The translations under genes and the position numbers were made by a program. This document shows positions 1 to 14,789 of a DNA stretch of 64,000 nt, piece after piece (within the stretch, counting starts at the first letter, position 1; each line of letters begins with the position of its first letter). The DNA comes from the human T2T-CHM13v2.0 reference genome, Homo sapiens. The stretch is from assembly GCF_009914755.1 (NCBI RefSeq), contig NC_060933.1. One strand, written 5' to 3'. The notes below the pieces were generated by a model. The model did no database searches, was not told where the DNA came from, and saw only the letters and a program-made list of their open reading frames with translations.

Positions 1-642
1 CCTTGAACCTGCCAAAGCTGGTGCTTTCTCCACTCCTCAGTGCTATGCCCAAGTGAGGGTCTAGCCAGCCTCTCCCACTTTCCTCCCACTTTCACTAAGC
101 ACCTGCTCTGGTAGGCCCAGTGCTGTATGCTGTGAACTCAGGCTGGTTAGGTGCTAATTTATTCACCCAGCCAGACATTCTAGTGTCTCCTGCATGGCAG
201 GCACTGTTCGAAGTACTTCGTGAATGAAGAGACAAAGCACCACCCACCCCTCGTCAGTCCTGTGGGAATGCGGTCTGCCCTCACTCTCTAATGCATGAAT
301 CTCTCCTACACGAGTATCTCTGCCTGGTAATTGTAGCCAGAGAAGAACAGGCAGGTTTTCCCACGGTGGCTGCCTGAATCTCTGAATTGAGTATTATCCC
401 CCTAAGGCTGTAGTTGGTGGAAGAATGCTGAGATTGATTGGAGATGCCTGCCCAGTCAGAGGAGGGGTAGGGTGGCACGTGAGACATTGATTTGTTCTCC
501 CTGCTAGCCTAGGCTCTTCATCACACATACTCAGTGACTGAGCCCCTGTGTTACTACCATGGCGCCGGAATATGCATCAGGAAGGGCCACCCAAACCTGG
601 GGTTGTGTGTGGCTTAAGGTGTAAAAACAGACTTTCTAATAG

Positions 643-1200
<558 letters not shown>

Positions 1201-1420
1201 GCCCTCCTGCTTCTTGGTGGGAAGGGATCAGTTAACACGTGTTACAGGAGCCTGTTTGGGACCAGGGACTGTGCTGTAGGCTGGAGGCCTATCAAGAAGG
1301 TGGGACTCTGGAGGAGCTCACAGGCAAGTTTATAGACTCTGTGAGGAAAACTAATCCTTTGAAAGACCAACACACTATTACTTATATAGTGACTTGATGT
1401 TCAGTCTGAGAAGTGAATTA

Positions 1421-1750
<330 letters not shown>

Positions 1751-2639
1751 AGAGAACATTGTCAGTGTGGTGGCCTTAGCTGACACCACTGGTGATTTGA
1801 CCACGGCCAGGTGGGATTTAGATGGGTAGACACTTTGTAGAGCATTAGAGCTCATTTAATCCTTCTTCAGATGGAGAAATGAAGGGCCTGAAGTTCCCCA
1901 AAGTCAGAATTAGATTAGACGGCTCTGAGCAGAATGACCTTGAAGGACCCCCAGCCCTCCAACGTGGGCTTCTACCCCCAGCTATGCTATGGCACACTCT
2001 GCTACTACGCCAGGGTCCGCTTTCATCCCAGCGCCTTCCTCTTGGCCTGGAACACATAATGTTATTTCTCCAGAGGGCCTCTGGCTAAACCCCAAAATCA
2101 ACAGCATGGGCTGCTACGGAATTAGTGTTAAATTGAGGGGGACAAGGAGAGGTTGTGTTTCTGATCTTAAGAAACAACCGAATGTGGTTTGGTTTACTTC
2201 CCTGTAACCCAAACTGGGTCGATTTTACAAGACCAGTGATCCCAGCACTTGAGGTTAATGTCGATCTGGTGTGCAGGTTACAAATCATGTAGCATAACTC
2301 CAGCCAAACCCCACTTATTCTAAGGGTCAGGGAGGCTGTGGGGCCTTAAGTTTGGAAAATTCTGAAGGAAATGCAGTTTTTGTAATCAAGTAAATGCAGT
2401 TACAGACTTGGTGTAATAAATAATTGTATGTAAATATATCTATTTTTCTTTTGTCAGCTGAGGATTTTCAGAGCTGGAAGGACTGTAGAAAATCTAGTCC
2501 AGCCCTTTCATTTTAGAGATAAGGAAATCTGGGGTAGAAGAGGTTAAAGGGCTCATTATTTTGTTATAGGTTGCCCAACAAGTGAACAGGATCTTGTAGA
2601 CAAGGAGATTGGGGAGGAGAATAAGAAAAAATCAAATCT

Positions 2640-3170
2640 CATCCATGCATTCCACAAATATTTACTGAGTGCCTGCTAAGTGCTTGGCACTGACCTGGGT
2701 GCTGGAGGCACAGCAGTGAATGAAACAGACAGGAATCCCTGCCCTTGTAGAGCTGATGTTGTAGTGGGAGTAGAGCAGCTGTAATAAATACATAAAATAT
2801 ATGCTTGTTAGATAGTAACAAGTGTTGGGGGTGGGGAAAGCAGAAGAGATTGGGAGAGCCGGAGACAGTGTTGCCTCTCTAATTTGAGCATTCAGGGAAG
2901 GTGAGTCATGAAGAAGGATCTGAAAGAGTTGTGGGGGCCGAAGCAGGCAGTCATTTGGGAGAAGTGCATTCCAGGCAGAGAGAACAACAGGTGCAAAGGC
3001 CCTGGAGCTGGAGTAGCAGCAAGGAGGCCGGTGTGGCCACGGAGGCCCTTGGAGACCGTTGTCAGGACTTTGGCCATTCCTCTGCGTGAGATCAGGAGCC
3101 ACTGGGGAGTTTGAACAGAGAAGTGGCATAATATGATTTGGTTTTAAAAGGATCATTCTGGCTGCCAGGA
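2640..3170 (-). mobile_element. L2 LINE 3' fragment
   Basis: cattccacaaatatttactgagtgcc...gagtttgaacagagaagtggcataatatgatttggttttaaaaggatcattctggctg matches the L2 3' end. Confidence 0.75.
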
Positions 3171-3469
3171 GGATAAGATGTGATGATAGGTGTTGCCAAG
3201 GGTTCAGGACAGACAGGACCTTACACAGTAGGCTTAGAGCTGAGTTTCTTAAGGGCTATTTTTTTTTTCCGGCCTGAGGACTTCAGTTCAGCAAAGGATT
3301 ATGTGTAGCCTGCATCCAAAAATGCACAGCCTCCTGTGTGTTTCTTGGATGGCCCCAGAGTGGAGCAGCTGTACTCCTGTGGTCCCCATTCTCCATGCCC
3401 CCCTGCACCCCCTGCCTGGTCTGTCAGGCATCTTCCTCACCACCTCTCCAGCCCTGCTAAGGGCCAAGC

Positions 3470-3715
3470 AGCCTAGTGCAGAATGGAAGAGCCCAGACTG
3501 CCTGGATTCAGATTCTGGCCCTGCCCATTGCCTGATTGTGTGACCTTGGGCTCCTTACCTAGCCTTCCTGCATTTTGGCTTCCTCATCTGTAAACTGGGG
3601 ATTATATTAGTACCTCCTTCATAGTGTTGTCAATGACGATTAGGTGTAATAATATATATACCCTTAGCACAATTCCTAGTTCAAAGCAGGTGCTCAGTAA
3701 ACATTTATTTTTATT
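3470..3715 (+). mobile_element. MIR SINE
   Basis: cccagactgcctggattcaga...tgtgaccttggg...cctcatctgtaaactggggattatattagtacctc. Confidence 0.8.
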
Positions 3716-4176
3716 ACTACCATGGTGGATTCTGGTTCCTAGGAGGAGATAACATGGGGTGGCAATTGATTCCTTGTAGAGCCTGGACATTGGAGAGAGG
3801 GCTGGAGGGAGGGATGACGGTGATGGAGCTCTTATTTGTTGAAGGCCTACCATGATCCAAATATGTGTCTTGTGTCTTATTTGATCTTCCCAGCAGCCCT
3901 TTCAGATAGTGATTGGCATCCCTCATGTTCAGAGGGAATTGAGGAATAGACTTATATGGAGTCACCCAGATGGTAAAATGGCTTTCAATGTAGCTAAGTC
4001 TTGTTCTTTAATTAAGCCAAGATTTTTCACGGGTGGACCATTTTATCTGATAACCACATGTGTGTGGCTGCATAATTATTTATATCTTCTTCTTGTTTAC
4101 CATTTTGGTTTTCAGCAGCAAAATAAAAGTAGCCCTAAACAACGCAATTTCCTTTGCACAAAATTTCACAGCAATA

Positions 4177-4409
4177 CAGATTGAGTATTCCTAATCCAGA
4201 AATCCAAAATGCTCCAAAATCCAAAACTTTTTGAGCACCAACATGATGCTCAAAGGAAATGCTTATTGGAGCATTTCAGATTTCTGGGTTTTGGATTAGG
4301 GATGTTGAACTGGCACATGTAGTGGAAATATTCCAAAAACTGAAAAAAATAAATTAAAAATCCAGATACTTCTGGCCCTGAGTGTTTCAGATGAGGAGTA
4401 TTCAACCTG
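4177..4409. mobile_element. Tigger4a/MER46-like TcMar non-autonomous DNA transposon
   Basis: Terminal inverted repeats cagattgagtattcc / ggagtattcaacctg flanked by TA on both sides; 233 bp. Confidence 0.85.
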
Positions 4410-7354
4410 TAGCCAGCCCAGTGCTAGTCAATGAACAGTATGGTATTAGCAGAGTGAATTATTTGAGAACGGGGTATGTTTTGGGAGGTATCTTCATCTT
4501 GACTCTAGATTTATGTTCCTGTTACTGGAGTTCAGATTTCATTTCTAGAAATGTATTTCCAGAAATATTCTCACCCTACCAAAATTCGGGCAAAGTTTGT
4601 CCACAAAAAAATCCTAAATTGCAGGTTGAATGGGGGCCCATGTACTTACTCCAAAGGGGCCGGTTGCTTTTTTGGTGGGCAGAGTTCACTCTGCTTAATT
4701 AGTTACCATTTACCATTCAACCTAGGCTCTGTAAATAAGAGAGATTCTTGAAAATTCATATACAGTCTTAGGTTTGCCCTCTGGAGACAGCCACAGAAAT
4801 GCAAACCACAATTCACGTCCATCAAGATCCGTGAGTTGTTTGTGCCAAAGGGCACTTGAACTTTGGGTGGTCCAGCAAAGGGAATTGGTGGGGGTCTCTA
4901 GGGAACTCAGTCCTCCCAATCAGCACATGCCCCCCACATATGCTTCTTGAGCAAAGTAAGAAAGTTCTTCTTGTGAACCTGTGGCTGTTAGTTCAGAGTG
5001 TTCAGAATCTTGCCTTGTCCTGAAGCACAATATTGAGAGTGCGAAGTAGGAGGACCTGACCTAGTTGCTTCTTGAGGCCTTTAATAACAGAGGCCCTTGA
5101 TCTGAGAAGGCAACCCAGGAAATTTGCACAACCTCACCATCTGTCTGGCTCTGCTGACAAAAGAGAACATGCTCACCCTTGGCTGGAGCACCTTCCAGAC
5201 TCCATGTGGAGTGTGACAGTTAACAGTGTCGGGACACCTCAAACCCACCTTCTTGATCACTCCTGCCTGGCTGTCCTGCAGTGGACTTGGCTGCAGTGTG
5301 GGTCTCCCGTCTCTCCTCCTCACTGCTGCATGGAGGGTGACCTTGTCCCCCACTCCTTTTGTTTTCATAGGAGCTAAAAATTCCTCCTCTACTTCCATTT
5401 ATGAGTACTCCACTGACAGCCTGTGAGCTCATCTTTTTCATGGTTAACCTAACTTTTCACATTTTGTCTGGTGTATTTAGTAGGGGTAGGAGAAAAGAAC
5501 TAACTAATATGCATTGAGTTCCTATTAGATATATGGCACTTTACATCCATCCATCCTTTAATCTTCCAGAGTATCCTTAGTGTGGACAGGGTATGGCTCC
5601 TAGCAACGATCCCTGCATCTGCTTTGTCATCCCCAAGCACCTTGTAAGGACTGGATCATGTAGTTAAAAGAGTCCTGTGTGTGTGTCCAAGGGCAGCGTG
5701 CGTCCAGGCAGTGAGCAAACCAGGGCTGAGTTCTCACTCTGGGGTGTTGGGGCAAGAGCTCGTTGGTTGTCACGCCCCTAGTGCTAGAGACTGCAGGGTG
5801 GAGGGGAGGAGGGCAGTTGTAATGCCAGGACGGGGACAGCACCATGGAGAGAGAGCAAAGCTATGTCAGCAGCTGGGCAGCACTGGGCATCAGCTGGCGA
5901 CGTGGGCAGGAAGGTGGAGGGGTCACAGTTCTGCTGGGGCGCTTCCTTATCCTTTCATTCCTAGGAGAAGATGGCCAGAGGAGTTGGACCTTGGAGAATT
6001 AGAAAAAGGAGTAGTTGCTAAGTCATAGCCTTGGCATGAAGTAATGGTGAACAGAGGGAGTGTGTTTATCCTTTGTTTAGACGTCCAGTGTGAGGGCTTA
6101 GGGATGGCCTCGCTCTTTAGTGGTTGAGCTCCCTGACTTCTGGGGTCTGCATAGGACCTCATGTGTGCAGGATGGTCTTTGCAGGGTGGTGGGTCTCTGC
6201 AGGACAGCATGGGCCCCTCATTGGCCTCTACTCCATACCTGTCTGTTGGGGATATTCTATCTGGGAGACAGAGAGGTGGCCCCTCAGAGAACAGTGTACA
6301 TTGCTAATTGGTCAGAATTGCACCATTGCCAGACCCATTGGTAAACGAAGGTAGCGTGTCTGTTTAAAATGCCATTAACACTGCTTCTCCTTAACGTCCT
6401 GGGCAACCTTCCACATGCCACAGCACCCTCAAAAGAAGTTCCCAGCTTTAACTGTTGAACCCCACCCTGCTAAATTTTGGAGTTTGTGACTTGACAAGAT
6501 TGCCCAAGACTCTTGCTTTCCCCCAGTCTAGGTTTAACTTAACCAGGAAATTTACTGTTAATATTTAAATCATATACCATCTTTGTGAACTCCAATATTA
6601 CCTAACGTTGTGGCTGACTGACACCGTACAATGAGGAAAATTAAGTGCCTAAGAATTATCTCCAACTAATGATATATTTATGCATTGTAGGTTACTTTGA
6701 ATTTCTAGACTGTTAAGAGTTGTTTAATAGGTTAATAGTTTTAATCTATTAATCTAATCTTTTCTACTTGACTATTTATTAAAATATATCAGTGATACAT
6801 GACAGAAATGGAAGTACAGATCATTTTGAGGGTTATTAAGGAACAGGTGATGATGTGAGGATTTGAAACTTAGGCGGAATAGTAAGTACCAGGCATGGGC
6901 CTCGCTCCTGTCATTTGCGGACACTGTGGTTCTGCTCCATGTTCTCTCTCTCAGCTCTCCCAGGCTAGTGATGAAGCTATGACCTTTTTCCCACGATGGC
7001 TTCTCTCCTTGTCACTAAAAGCTGGAGACTCTTTATGTCTGAAGGACATGTTTGAGCACAGCAGCATTTGAAAACACATCAGGGAGAGAGAGAGGCAGGT
7101 GGCAAGCGCAGAGCCCAGGCGCCTTTCTCTGTGGAAGAGGTGGGACCCTTCATTCCTTTCCTTTATTTCATGTCGGTGTGACTTTTAGCATCTAAAATGT
7201 GCCCAGTTCTGTCTGTATGCTCAGGAAACAGCAAAAAACAAGGGAGTATATTCCCTGTGTCTTGGGACTTCTGGCATTTAGTCATGTATGTGTTCATTCA
7301 TTCAACAGGTGTTTTTATTATTTTCTCTTGAGAAGAGAAAACAAAAATTATCCA

Positions 7355-7580
7355 AATGGTTAAAAGCCTAGACTTTGGAGTCAGACAGACCTGGTGGAAT
7401 TTTGATTCTGTCACTAGGAAGCAGGGAGACTGTGAAAAGTCACTCTGTTTCTCCAGTCCTTGGTTTTCTTATCTAGAAACCAAAAAATCCCATATCAGGC
7501 ATTGCACAGAAGGATGAGATGGTGTAGGTGTGGGCCCGGAGCACCGCCCCAGCATGTCATAAGCACTCAGTACACCACAG
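7355..7580 (+). mobile_element. MIR SINE
   Basis: tggttaaaagcctagactttggagtcagacagacctgg matches the MIR 5' part. Confidence 0.65.
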
Positions 7581-8359
7581 CTGCCCTTGGCATCACTCTC
7601 TGTGTTATTTGTGCCATTTGCATCATGACTGTCCTCACCAGCATCACCTCCACCCTGCATGCTGGTGTGTTTTGTCTGGTCATTTTCTGTTTGTGTCATT
7701 GAGCAGACCTTAGCTGACACCTGCCAGAGGACCAAGCACAAGGATACAAAAAGCAGTGGGTAGAGCCCTGGTCTCTGGAAATCTTCCAGAACCATATGGA
7801 ATTAATTAGAGGGCAGATTTGGCGTTCTAACAGGGCAGGAGCCTGTTAGAAGCAAAGAGGAGCGTTTCCAGAACCGCTGGTGGGAGAATGAAGGCTCCTG
7901 AACTGTTAGTGGGAGCAGCCACCCTGTCGCCTTAGGGCCTGAGTGTATGCTGATTGGTGGTCATGATGGCGACCCTGCACCCTCAAGAGAGAATGTCAAG
8001 GTATTACCAGGCTGCTGTATCTTGGCATTTCAGAAAGTGGGAAGAGTGTGTTACATTTTAGAAATTTTTCATCAGTTCATCAGAAAGGATAAAGATATAA
8101 CTTTGACACTCAAGAAATAAGCTTCACTTATTCAGAAAATTGGCTTCTGTGAAACATCCCTAACCTATGTTATAATAAAGGCCAGATGAATGAGTCATTC
8201 TTCAGTTCTGAATATTCAGTGAAGCAGGAAAACCATCGACAGTTACAGTGATGTTGATGGATTGATCACAGAAAAGTCTTGCCTGGATCAGAGGCTACAG
8301 GTGCCTCCAGTGCCATGCTGGCATTGACCTTTCCTGGGCTTGGTCCTTGGTTCACTTGG

Positions 8360-9590
8360 TAAACAGCCTCTTGCTGACCATCACCCATGTGCCAGCCACT
8401 GCTCTGAGTATCATGAACCAAGGAGACAAAATCTTGTCCTCTAGCTCACGTTCTAGTTGAGGAAACAGACAGTAAAGTGGACAGAGAGGTAACAGAGTAC
8501 ACCGAGTGGGTAAATACTGGGGAACCATAAATGAGTTTCAGCCAAGGAGTGACATGACCTTGGTTGCTCTGTCCAGTGTGGATTCCAGGGCAGTGTACAG
8601 GGGAAAGGGAGATTGGCTGTGAGATGTTTACAAGACAGGAGAAAGGGGGGGTGGCTTGAACTGAAGTGGTGGTCGTGGTATGGTAAGGAATGGTTGGATT
8701 CTGGACATACTTTGAAGGTGGATCTGGCTGGATTTGCTGGTATATTCATAGTCGGGAGTGACAGAAGAGGAAGAGTCAAAGATAGTTCTAGAGTCTGGGC
8801 AGCAGGAGCTGGAAGGTTGGAATTACTGTTAGCTGAAGTGGAGATGATGGTGGTTATTTGATTGTATTGTCTTAGATGGCAGGTTTTAGCCAGAAGAGTG
8901 CTGGGCTAGGAGGCAGAATTGTTTTCCTCTCTTGGGAGAAGAGATGTAGCAGCAGGGTTTTGGACTTGTTAAATACGAGGTGCCTGTTAGGTATCCAGAT
9001 GGAGGTTTCAAGCAGTTGGGGGTTTATGCAGGTCTGGAGTTCGGTGGGGGGCCAGTCCAAGCTGGAGATACAATTTGGGATTCAACACCATGTAGTTAAT
9101 ATTTAGAACTAAAGAGTCTAGCTGTATAGTCCCAGCTACTTGGAAGGCTGAGGTGGGAAGACCGCTTGAGCCCAGGAGTTCAAGACCAGCCTGGGCAACA
9201 TAGAAAGACTCTCTTTAAAAAATGAAAATTAAAAAAGATAAATAAGAAATAAAAGTACAAGTCTCCATGAGATCGCTTAGGAAATGAGTGTGGATAAAAA
9301 TACAATAGGTTCTAGAACTGATCCTTGGGGCATATCAAGTTGTAAGAGCTGGAGTGATGAAGAGGATTCAGCACAAGAGATAAGAATGTCCAGAAGGCCG
9401 GAGATCCACCAGGGGAGCACAGAGCAAAGTGAGCAACCAGCTGGATGGAGGAGAGGCAGGCCATGTTAGAGGCTGCTGCTAGAGGCAGAGTCCGACGGGG
9501 ACTGAGAAGGGACCACTGGATTGAATAGAGTGGCAGCCACTGGAGACCTTGAAGAGAAGCTGTGGTGGAGTAGTGGAGGCAACAGCCCAT
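8360..9590 (-). mobile_element. L2 LINE fragments (interrupted by a FLAM)
   Basis: tggttggattctggacatactttgaaggtgg, gtatccagatggaggtttcaagcagttgg and similar L2 motifs. Confidence 0.7.
9121..9250 (+). mobile_element. FLAM / Alu monomer fragment
   Basis: tagtcccagctacttggaaggctgaggtgggaag...gaccagcctgggcaacatag plus A-rich tail. Confidence 0.85.
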
Positions 9591-10858
9591 TGGACTTAAC
9601 AGGTATTACCAAGGAGCCGGCCTGCCAATATCAGCAAATAGATAAGAATCACTTGCACTCATATAGTCAGTGAGTGGGAAGTGGGTAGAGTTGGAGGACT
9701 TGGTCAGTGGGCAGAGTCCTGTCTGGATGTGTGTTAATGCATTTAACATCCCATGCATGCATGCATTCATGGAGAGTGTATTTAAGCTCAGCTGGAGAGC
9801 AGTTCACCTTCATTCCTAAGGAGTGGAGTTTTATTCTAGGGGGAGTTAACCAAGTCATTATTTACACACTGTAATTAGAGGCTTTTTTCTCCACCCTTAA
9901 CATTGTTAAAGGTGGGTGAGGTGTGAGAGTAAATGGCACCCTTTGGAGGAAGAGCAGGGGTCCTCAGGCTGAGTCTTGGGACGTAGATGTACGCCTTGCT
10001 CCCCCTCTGTGTAAGGAGACACACATGTCTTGCTGGGTAAAGTTCTGGCCTGTGTAAGGGCCTTAGATGTCTCTGATCCCTGCTCACTCATTGTGCACAT
10101 TGGAAAACTGAGTCTTGGGGTAGGCAGCCAGCCCAGGGAATCAACAGCAGAAATAGGACTGAAGGCCAGGGTGCTGAGCATTGCTCACGTCTACTATGAC
10201 TTGGTAGAACTCTTAAGCATCATCATTATTGGCAGAATGATGTGGAAACTGTGCCCAGAAACAAAGCCGCCATACTCCCAGGCACCTAGCATCAGGGCGG
10301 ACTCTCCTCTGACATGCCTGAAATGGCATCTCTTTGGGCTTCAGATCCACTGGTAAGTTACTTGGTTGCATTGTCTTAGGCTGCAAGCTTTAGTGACAAC
10401 AGTACCAGAACAGGAGCCAAAAAGTTTTCAGACTAAGCTCATCACTAAAAATTGTGTGACCTTGGCCATGCCTTTCCTTCACCTGTGTGCACTGAGTTCT
10501 TTCTGTGGGCCAGGCATTGTGCTAGGGCTGGGGATATAGACATGAATAAAACAGACCCGGGCCCCGTTCTGTGCCTTGGTTTCCCCATCTGGCCACGGAG
10601 CTCTTGTCAATGCCAAGCATGATGAGGTGGGCATGAGCTCTGTGAAGAACTGTCAGGTGAGACCCAGAGAGAGAGAGAGAGAGACATTTGTTTGTTTCTG
10701 AAACCTCCCCGGGCAGAGTCTGCAGGCACATTGGCCTGGCCAGACACAGTAGCAGGATTGAGCAGGAACAAAGCAGAAGAAAACCAAAGGTAGTGGAAGA
10801 TAGTAATTTACAAACTTCACTGCTTTGGAGCTGTTTCTTCAAATTTCATGTTACACCA

Positions 10859-11311
10859 TGTATTGGTTGCCTATGGCTGCTTTTGCTCCTGTTGCTTCAC
10901 TACAATAGCAGTTTATACACTCCTTGGGGTCAGAAGTCTGAAATGAAGGTGTTGGAAGAGTGAGATTCCCTCTGAAAGCCCCAGGGGAAATCTGATCTTT
11001 GTCACTGCCTGCTTCTGGTGGCCATCGGCATTCCTCGACTTGTGGCCACATCATTCCAGCTCTACCTCTCGGGGCGCATTGCCTTCTCTCCTCTGTAACT
11101 TCTCTTCTGTCTGTCTTAAATCTCCCTTTGTCTTATGAGGACACTTACTGCATTTAGGGGCTACTCAGATAATCCAAGGATGAGCCTAATCTCAAGATCC
11201 TTCACTTAATTACATCTGCAAAGACCCTTTTTCCAAATAAGGTCATATGCACAGAATCAGGAGATTAGGATGTGGACATATCTTTTAGGGGGCTACCGCT
11301 CACCCCACCAC
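10859..11311 (-). mobile_element. MLT1C/D-like MaLR solo LTR
   Basis: ggtcagaagtctgaaatgaaggtgttgg...ctcaagatccttcacttaattacatctgcaaagaccctttttccaaataaggtca. Confidence 0.8.
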
Positions 11312-14300
11312 AGAGAGAAAGAGGCCTAAATCTGTATACATCAGGCAAAAAGCAAAGCTGTGTGTATTGAAGATGGGGAGTCTTAGAGCCTTGCTCAACA
11401 CTACCATCCCCATTCCAGCCTCATGGGTGCATCTAAGAGCCATTGCTATGGAACCCCTAGACCTTCAAGGAACATACTTTGAGAATCATTGCCTTAGAGA
11501 AAGGCCAGCTGTCTTAGGGAACTTCTTGGGCAGGGATCCCCTTGGTCTGGCTTCTCTCCTGGTCAGCTTGCACAATTAGTAACCGGTGACCACGGATAGC
11601 AGGTACTTACTGAAAAATATCCTTTTAATGTTTGACTTTGGATTTTATGTTGAAGTGTGACTCGGGTTAAATATAAAATTCATAGCATATCTTGAGCAAC
11701 TATTTTGTAGTTATCTATATATAAATCTATTTTACAGCGACACAAATAGAATAGATTATGGAGTGTCAGCATGTAGATAGATTCCGAGTGCTTTTTCACT
11801 AATATACCTAATGATTCGTGCTGAGAATATCCAAGGGCTCCACTGTACATTTAAATGGATATAATTAAAATAATGAGCTCTATTTTAAAAAATGATATAT
11901 GAAAAAAAAATTTTAAAGAAGTTAGAAGGAGCTGCGCCACTAACTCAAAGTGATATAAGTACTTATGTGATTCCATTGTTATTAGGACACCTAATTAAAT
12001 GCAAAGCATTTGAGAAAAGCAACATTTGGGTTTGTAAATCTAAAGCCTAGAAGTCGGGGGCGAGGGGAAGAGAAGGAAGTTGCCCATGCCTTTGTCGCGG
12101 CAAGGACTCGGGGGCATCACGTTTAAGGGAGTGGATGGTTATGTGCTGTTGTGCCCGTGGGTGATAGAGGGTGGCTCACTGGTCCCCATCTTCTGTGAAC
12201 TCAGTCAGGAATCTGGCTGGTCACGCAGCTGCAGCTGTATTTGCCAGTGTGAACTCTGATTTGTTTGGGGTGGGAGATGTGGGTACAAGAACTAGGGAGA
12301 GGCTGCCTTTTCATGGGAAAAAGACATTCCCCTGTGCCTGACTCTCAGCTCCAGGTGTTAAGGGCACTCCAGGTGACCTGAGACTCTGGTGGTTCAGTGG
12401 AAAGAACAAAGGATGGGGAGTCTGGAGATGCGAGTTCTGGTTTTGACTCTGCTACACGTCCTGTGCCTTTGGATAGGGCCTCTCCTGTGATGCATTCATG
12501 CCTGGCCCTGTTGCAAATGGGTGACCATCCATTCTAGAAACCCATCTCAAGGATATATTCTGCTGTTCCAGTGGGCCCCGGGGAGTCTTAGGAGGCATAT
12601 GTCCCAGTGCCTGCTTACTAGAAGGCAGGTATCCTTTTGGTCATTCAGCAAATACCATATTTATGGAGCACCTAATATAGGCCTACTGGATGCTGGGTAT
12701 AAGAGGCGCACAACACTCCCGAGGGCCCCACCTACTCTTAGGACAAGTGCAGTTTGGTGAGCCAGTGTACAAAGCATTTTCAGGTAACAGGGCTGCAAAG
12801 GAAATAAAACAAGGCAATGAACTAGAAGCTACACTGGAATTTCGGGAAGGGGACGAGCAAGTCAAGATGAGTTCATTAGGACACAATGGGAGGATGGCTG
12901 TCAGAGTCACCTGTGCAAGGAAGACGTGGCATTCAGAGAGGGAGTCTGACTCTGCCTCAAGCAAGCCAGGAAGGCTTCCCAGAGGTGAGGATGTCATCAT
13001 GAACCAATGTCATCATCATGGCAGCTGCCATTCATGGAAATGCACTCTGTGCCCACCCCTGCAGCTAGCAAGAGTCATGGTCCTTCTTTAACAGACAAGG
13101 AAACAGAGGCTCAGAGAAGGGAGTCTCTTGCCCAGGGCTGCAGGGTGTAGGGGTGGGCAGATGAGAGTTCCACCCAGCCTGCCTGGCTCCTACAGCTCCT
13201 CCCTTCCCCTACCAGGATGCCATGATGGTGGTGAGGACTTGAGAGCAGGAAGGGACACTGAATCTTTTCAGGTGGCATGGTCAGGTGCTCTTGAGGCCTC
13301 GGGCTGAGTTTCAGAACACTGGCTGTGAAGAAAGCCGAGGTAAGGGAGTTCTGGGCCGGGGGCCCCATCTGTTTCCTCTCCTTCCATCTCTTTGCCTACT
13401 GAGCCTCAGGGCCCTGACCATTAGCACCCATGAGGTCTTAGCTAGGAAATGGGAATGTCAGCTGCTTTCTTTACCCCCCGGCTTGAATGTGAATACACAT
13501 CATTCACTATCAGCTTCATCAGCATGACCACCTCTGCAGCACTAGACAAAGTCCTTACTCCCTCACCGCCTGTATCCCATTACTGAACAGTGGTAGAGCT
13601 GGCATTCAAACCCTGGTTGGTCTAACTCCACAGCCCATGCGCTAAACACCTATGCCACATAAACTTGCATCTTCTGCACATGCCCCTCCCCTGCCCGCCA
13701 TAAAAAAGACAAAGGTAGATAACAATGAAACATCTCCACTGGGAGCTTACTGTTCTAGGTCCTACGTAGACATTACTTTGTTTTGCCTCACAGCACTGTG
13801 GGGTAGGTACCGTGTTTGTCCCCATTGTTTGGATGTGAAGACTGAGGCTTGGAGGAGTCAAGTCACTTATGTAGGAACCTGCAACTGGCAGTTTTGAGAT
13901 TTGACCCTAGGATGATCCAACTTCCAAGTCTGGTGCTTGGCCCATTTCACTCCAGCCAGGCCATCAGCCAGTCTGCTCCAGTGCTTCTCTTGACGGGGAG
14001 CTCACCACCTCCAGGGGATCCCCTTTTCTTGTTGGCCAGCAGTAGGAATCACCTCCCTCTCTAAAGCCACAGCTGTCCTCTTGTGACGTGCTGGACCTGC
14101 CAGTTCTAGTTATGTCTTAGGCCTCACAGAACTTGAGACTTCTTTGCCTTGTGGTGTCCTGCAGCTAGGCGGGCCCGTGCTCCCCTCTGGGGGGCCAGGG
14201 GGACTCTTGCTCATGATATTATCCCCCACAAAGGTGGCAGCAGCCCGGAAAGCCAGGGAACCTACTGTCCTCCTGCTCACCCACGAGCATCTTGGTTTTG

Positions 14301-14789
14301 GCTCTGTTCTGGATGCTGAAGGTCAAAGGTGGGTGATGTGGGGCAGCCTCGGCTGTGGGTGAGGAGGCTTCCCTCTGCGAGTTTGTCTCCCAGTCCAGGC
14401 TGCCTGCATCAGGTCCCCGTCCCACCTCGTACCACCCACATGACTTTGGGTACGTTATTTCACCTCTCAGTGCCACAGTTCCTAGACTGTAAAGTGGAGC
14501 TAATACCAAGATTTCGTTCCTAGAGTCATTGCTAAGGATGAAAGGAATTAGTATGTTAGAACACTGCCGGGCACATAGGAGGCTCTGTTTAAGTGTTTCT
14601 TAAGTAAATTAAGGAAATGAATTCTGAGGCGATTGAATCATGCAGTTTTACACTTTCTTACCGTGGAGAAGGGCAAAAGCTCAGACAGTGTCTGGTGGCC
14701 CTGATGGGACAGACACATGAGGAGGAGGCGCCCCTGGGTGCCAAAGAAGCTCTAACAGTGTGTCATTATTAACAATGGTCGTGGTGACC

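Noticed and set aside
6968-7042. Possible C/D box snoRNA (GTGATGA ... CTGA, 75 nt)
   Set aside because: No convincing terminal stem, C'/D' boxes or recognisable rRNA/snRNA guide; such motif pairs occur by chance.
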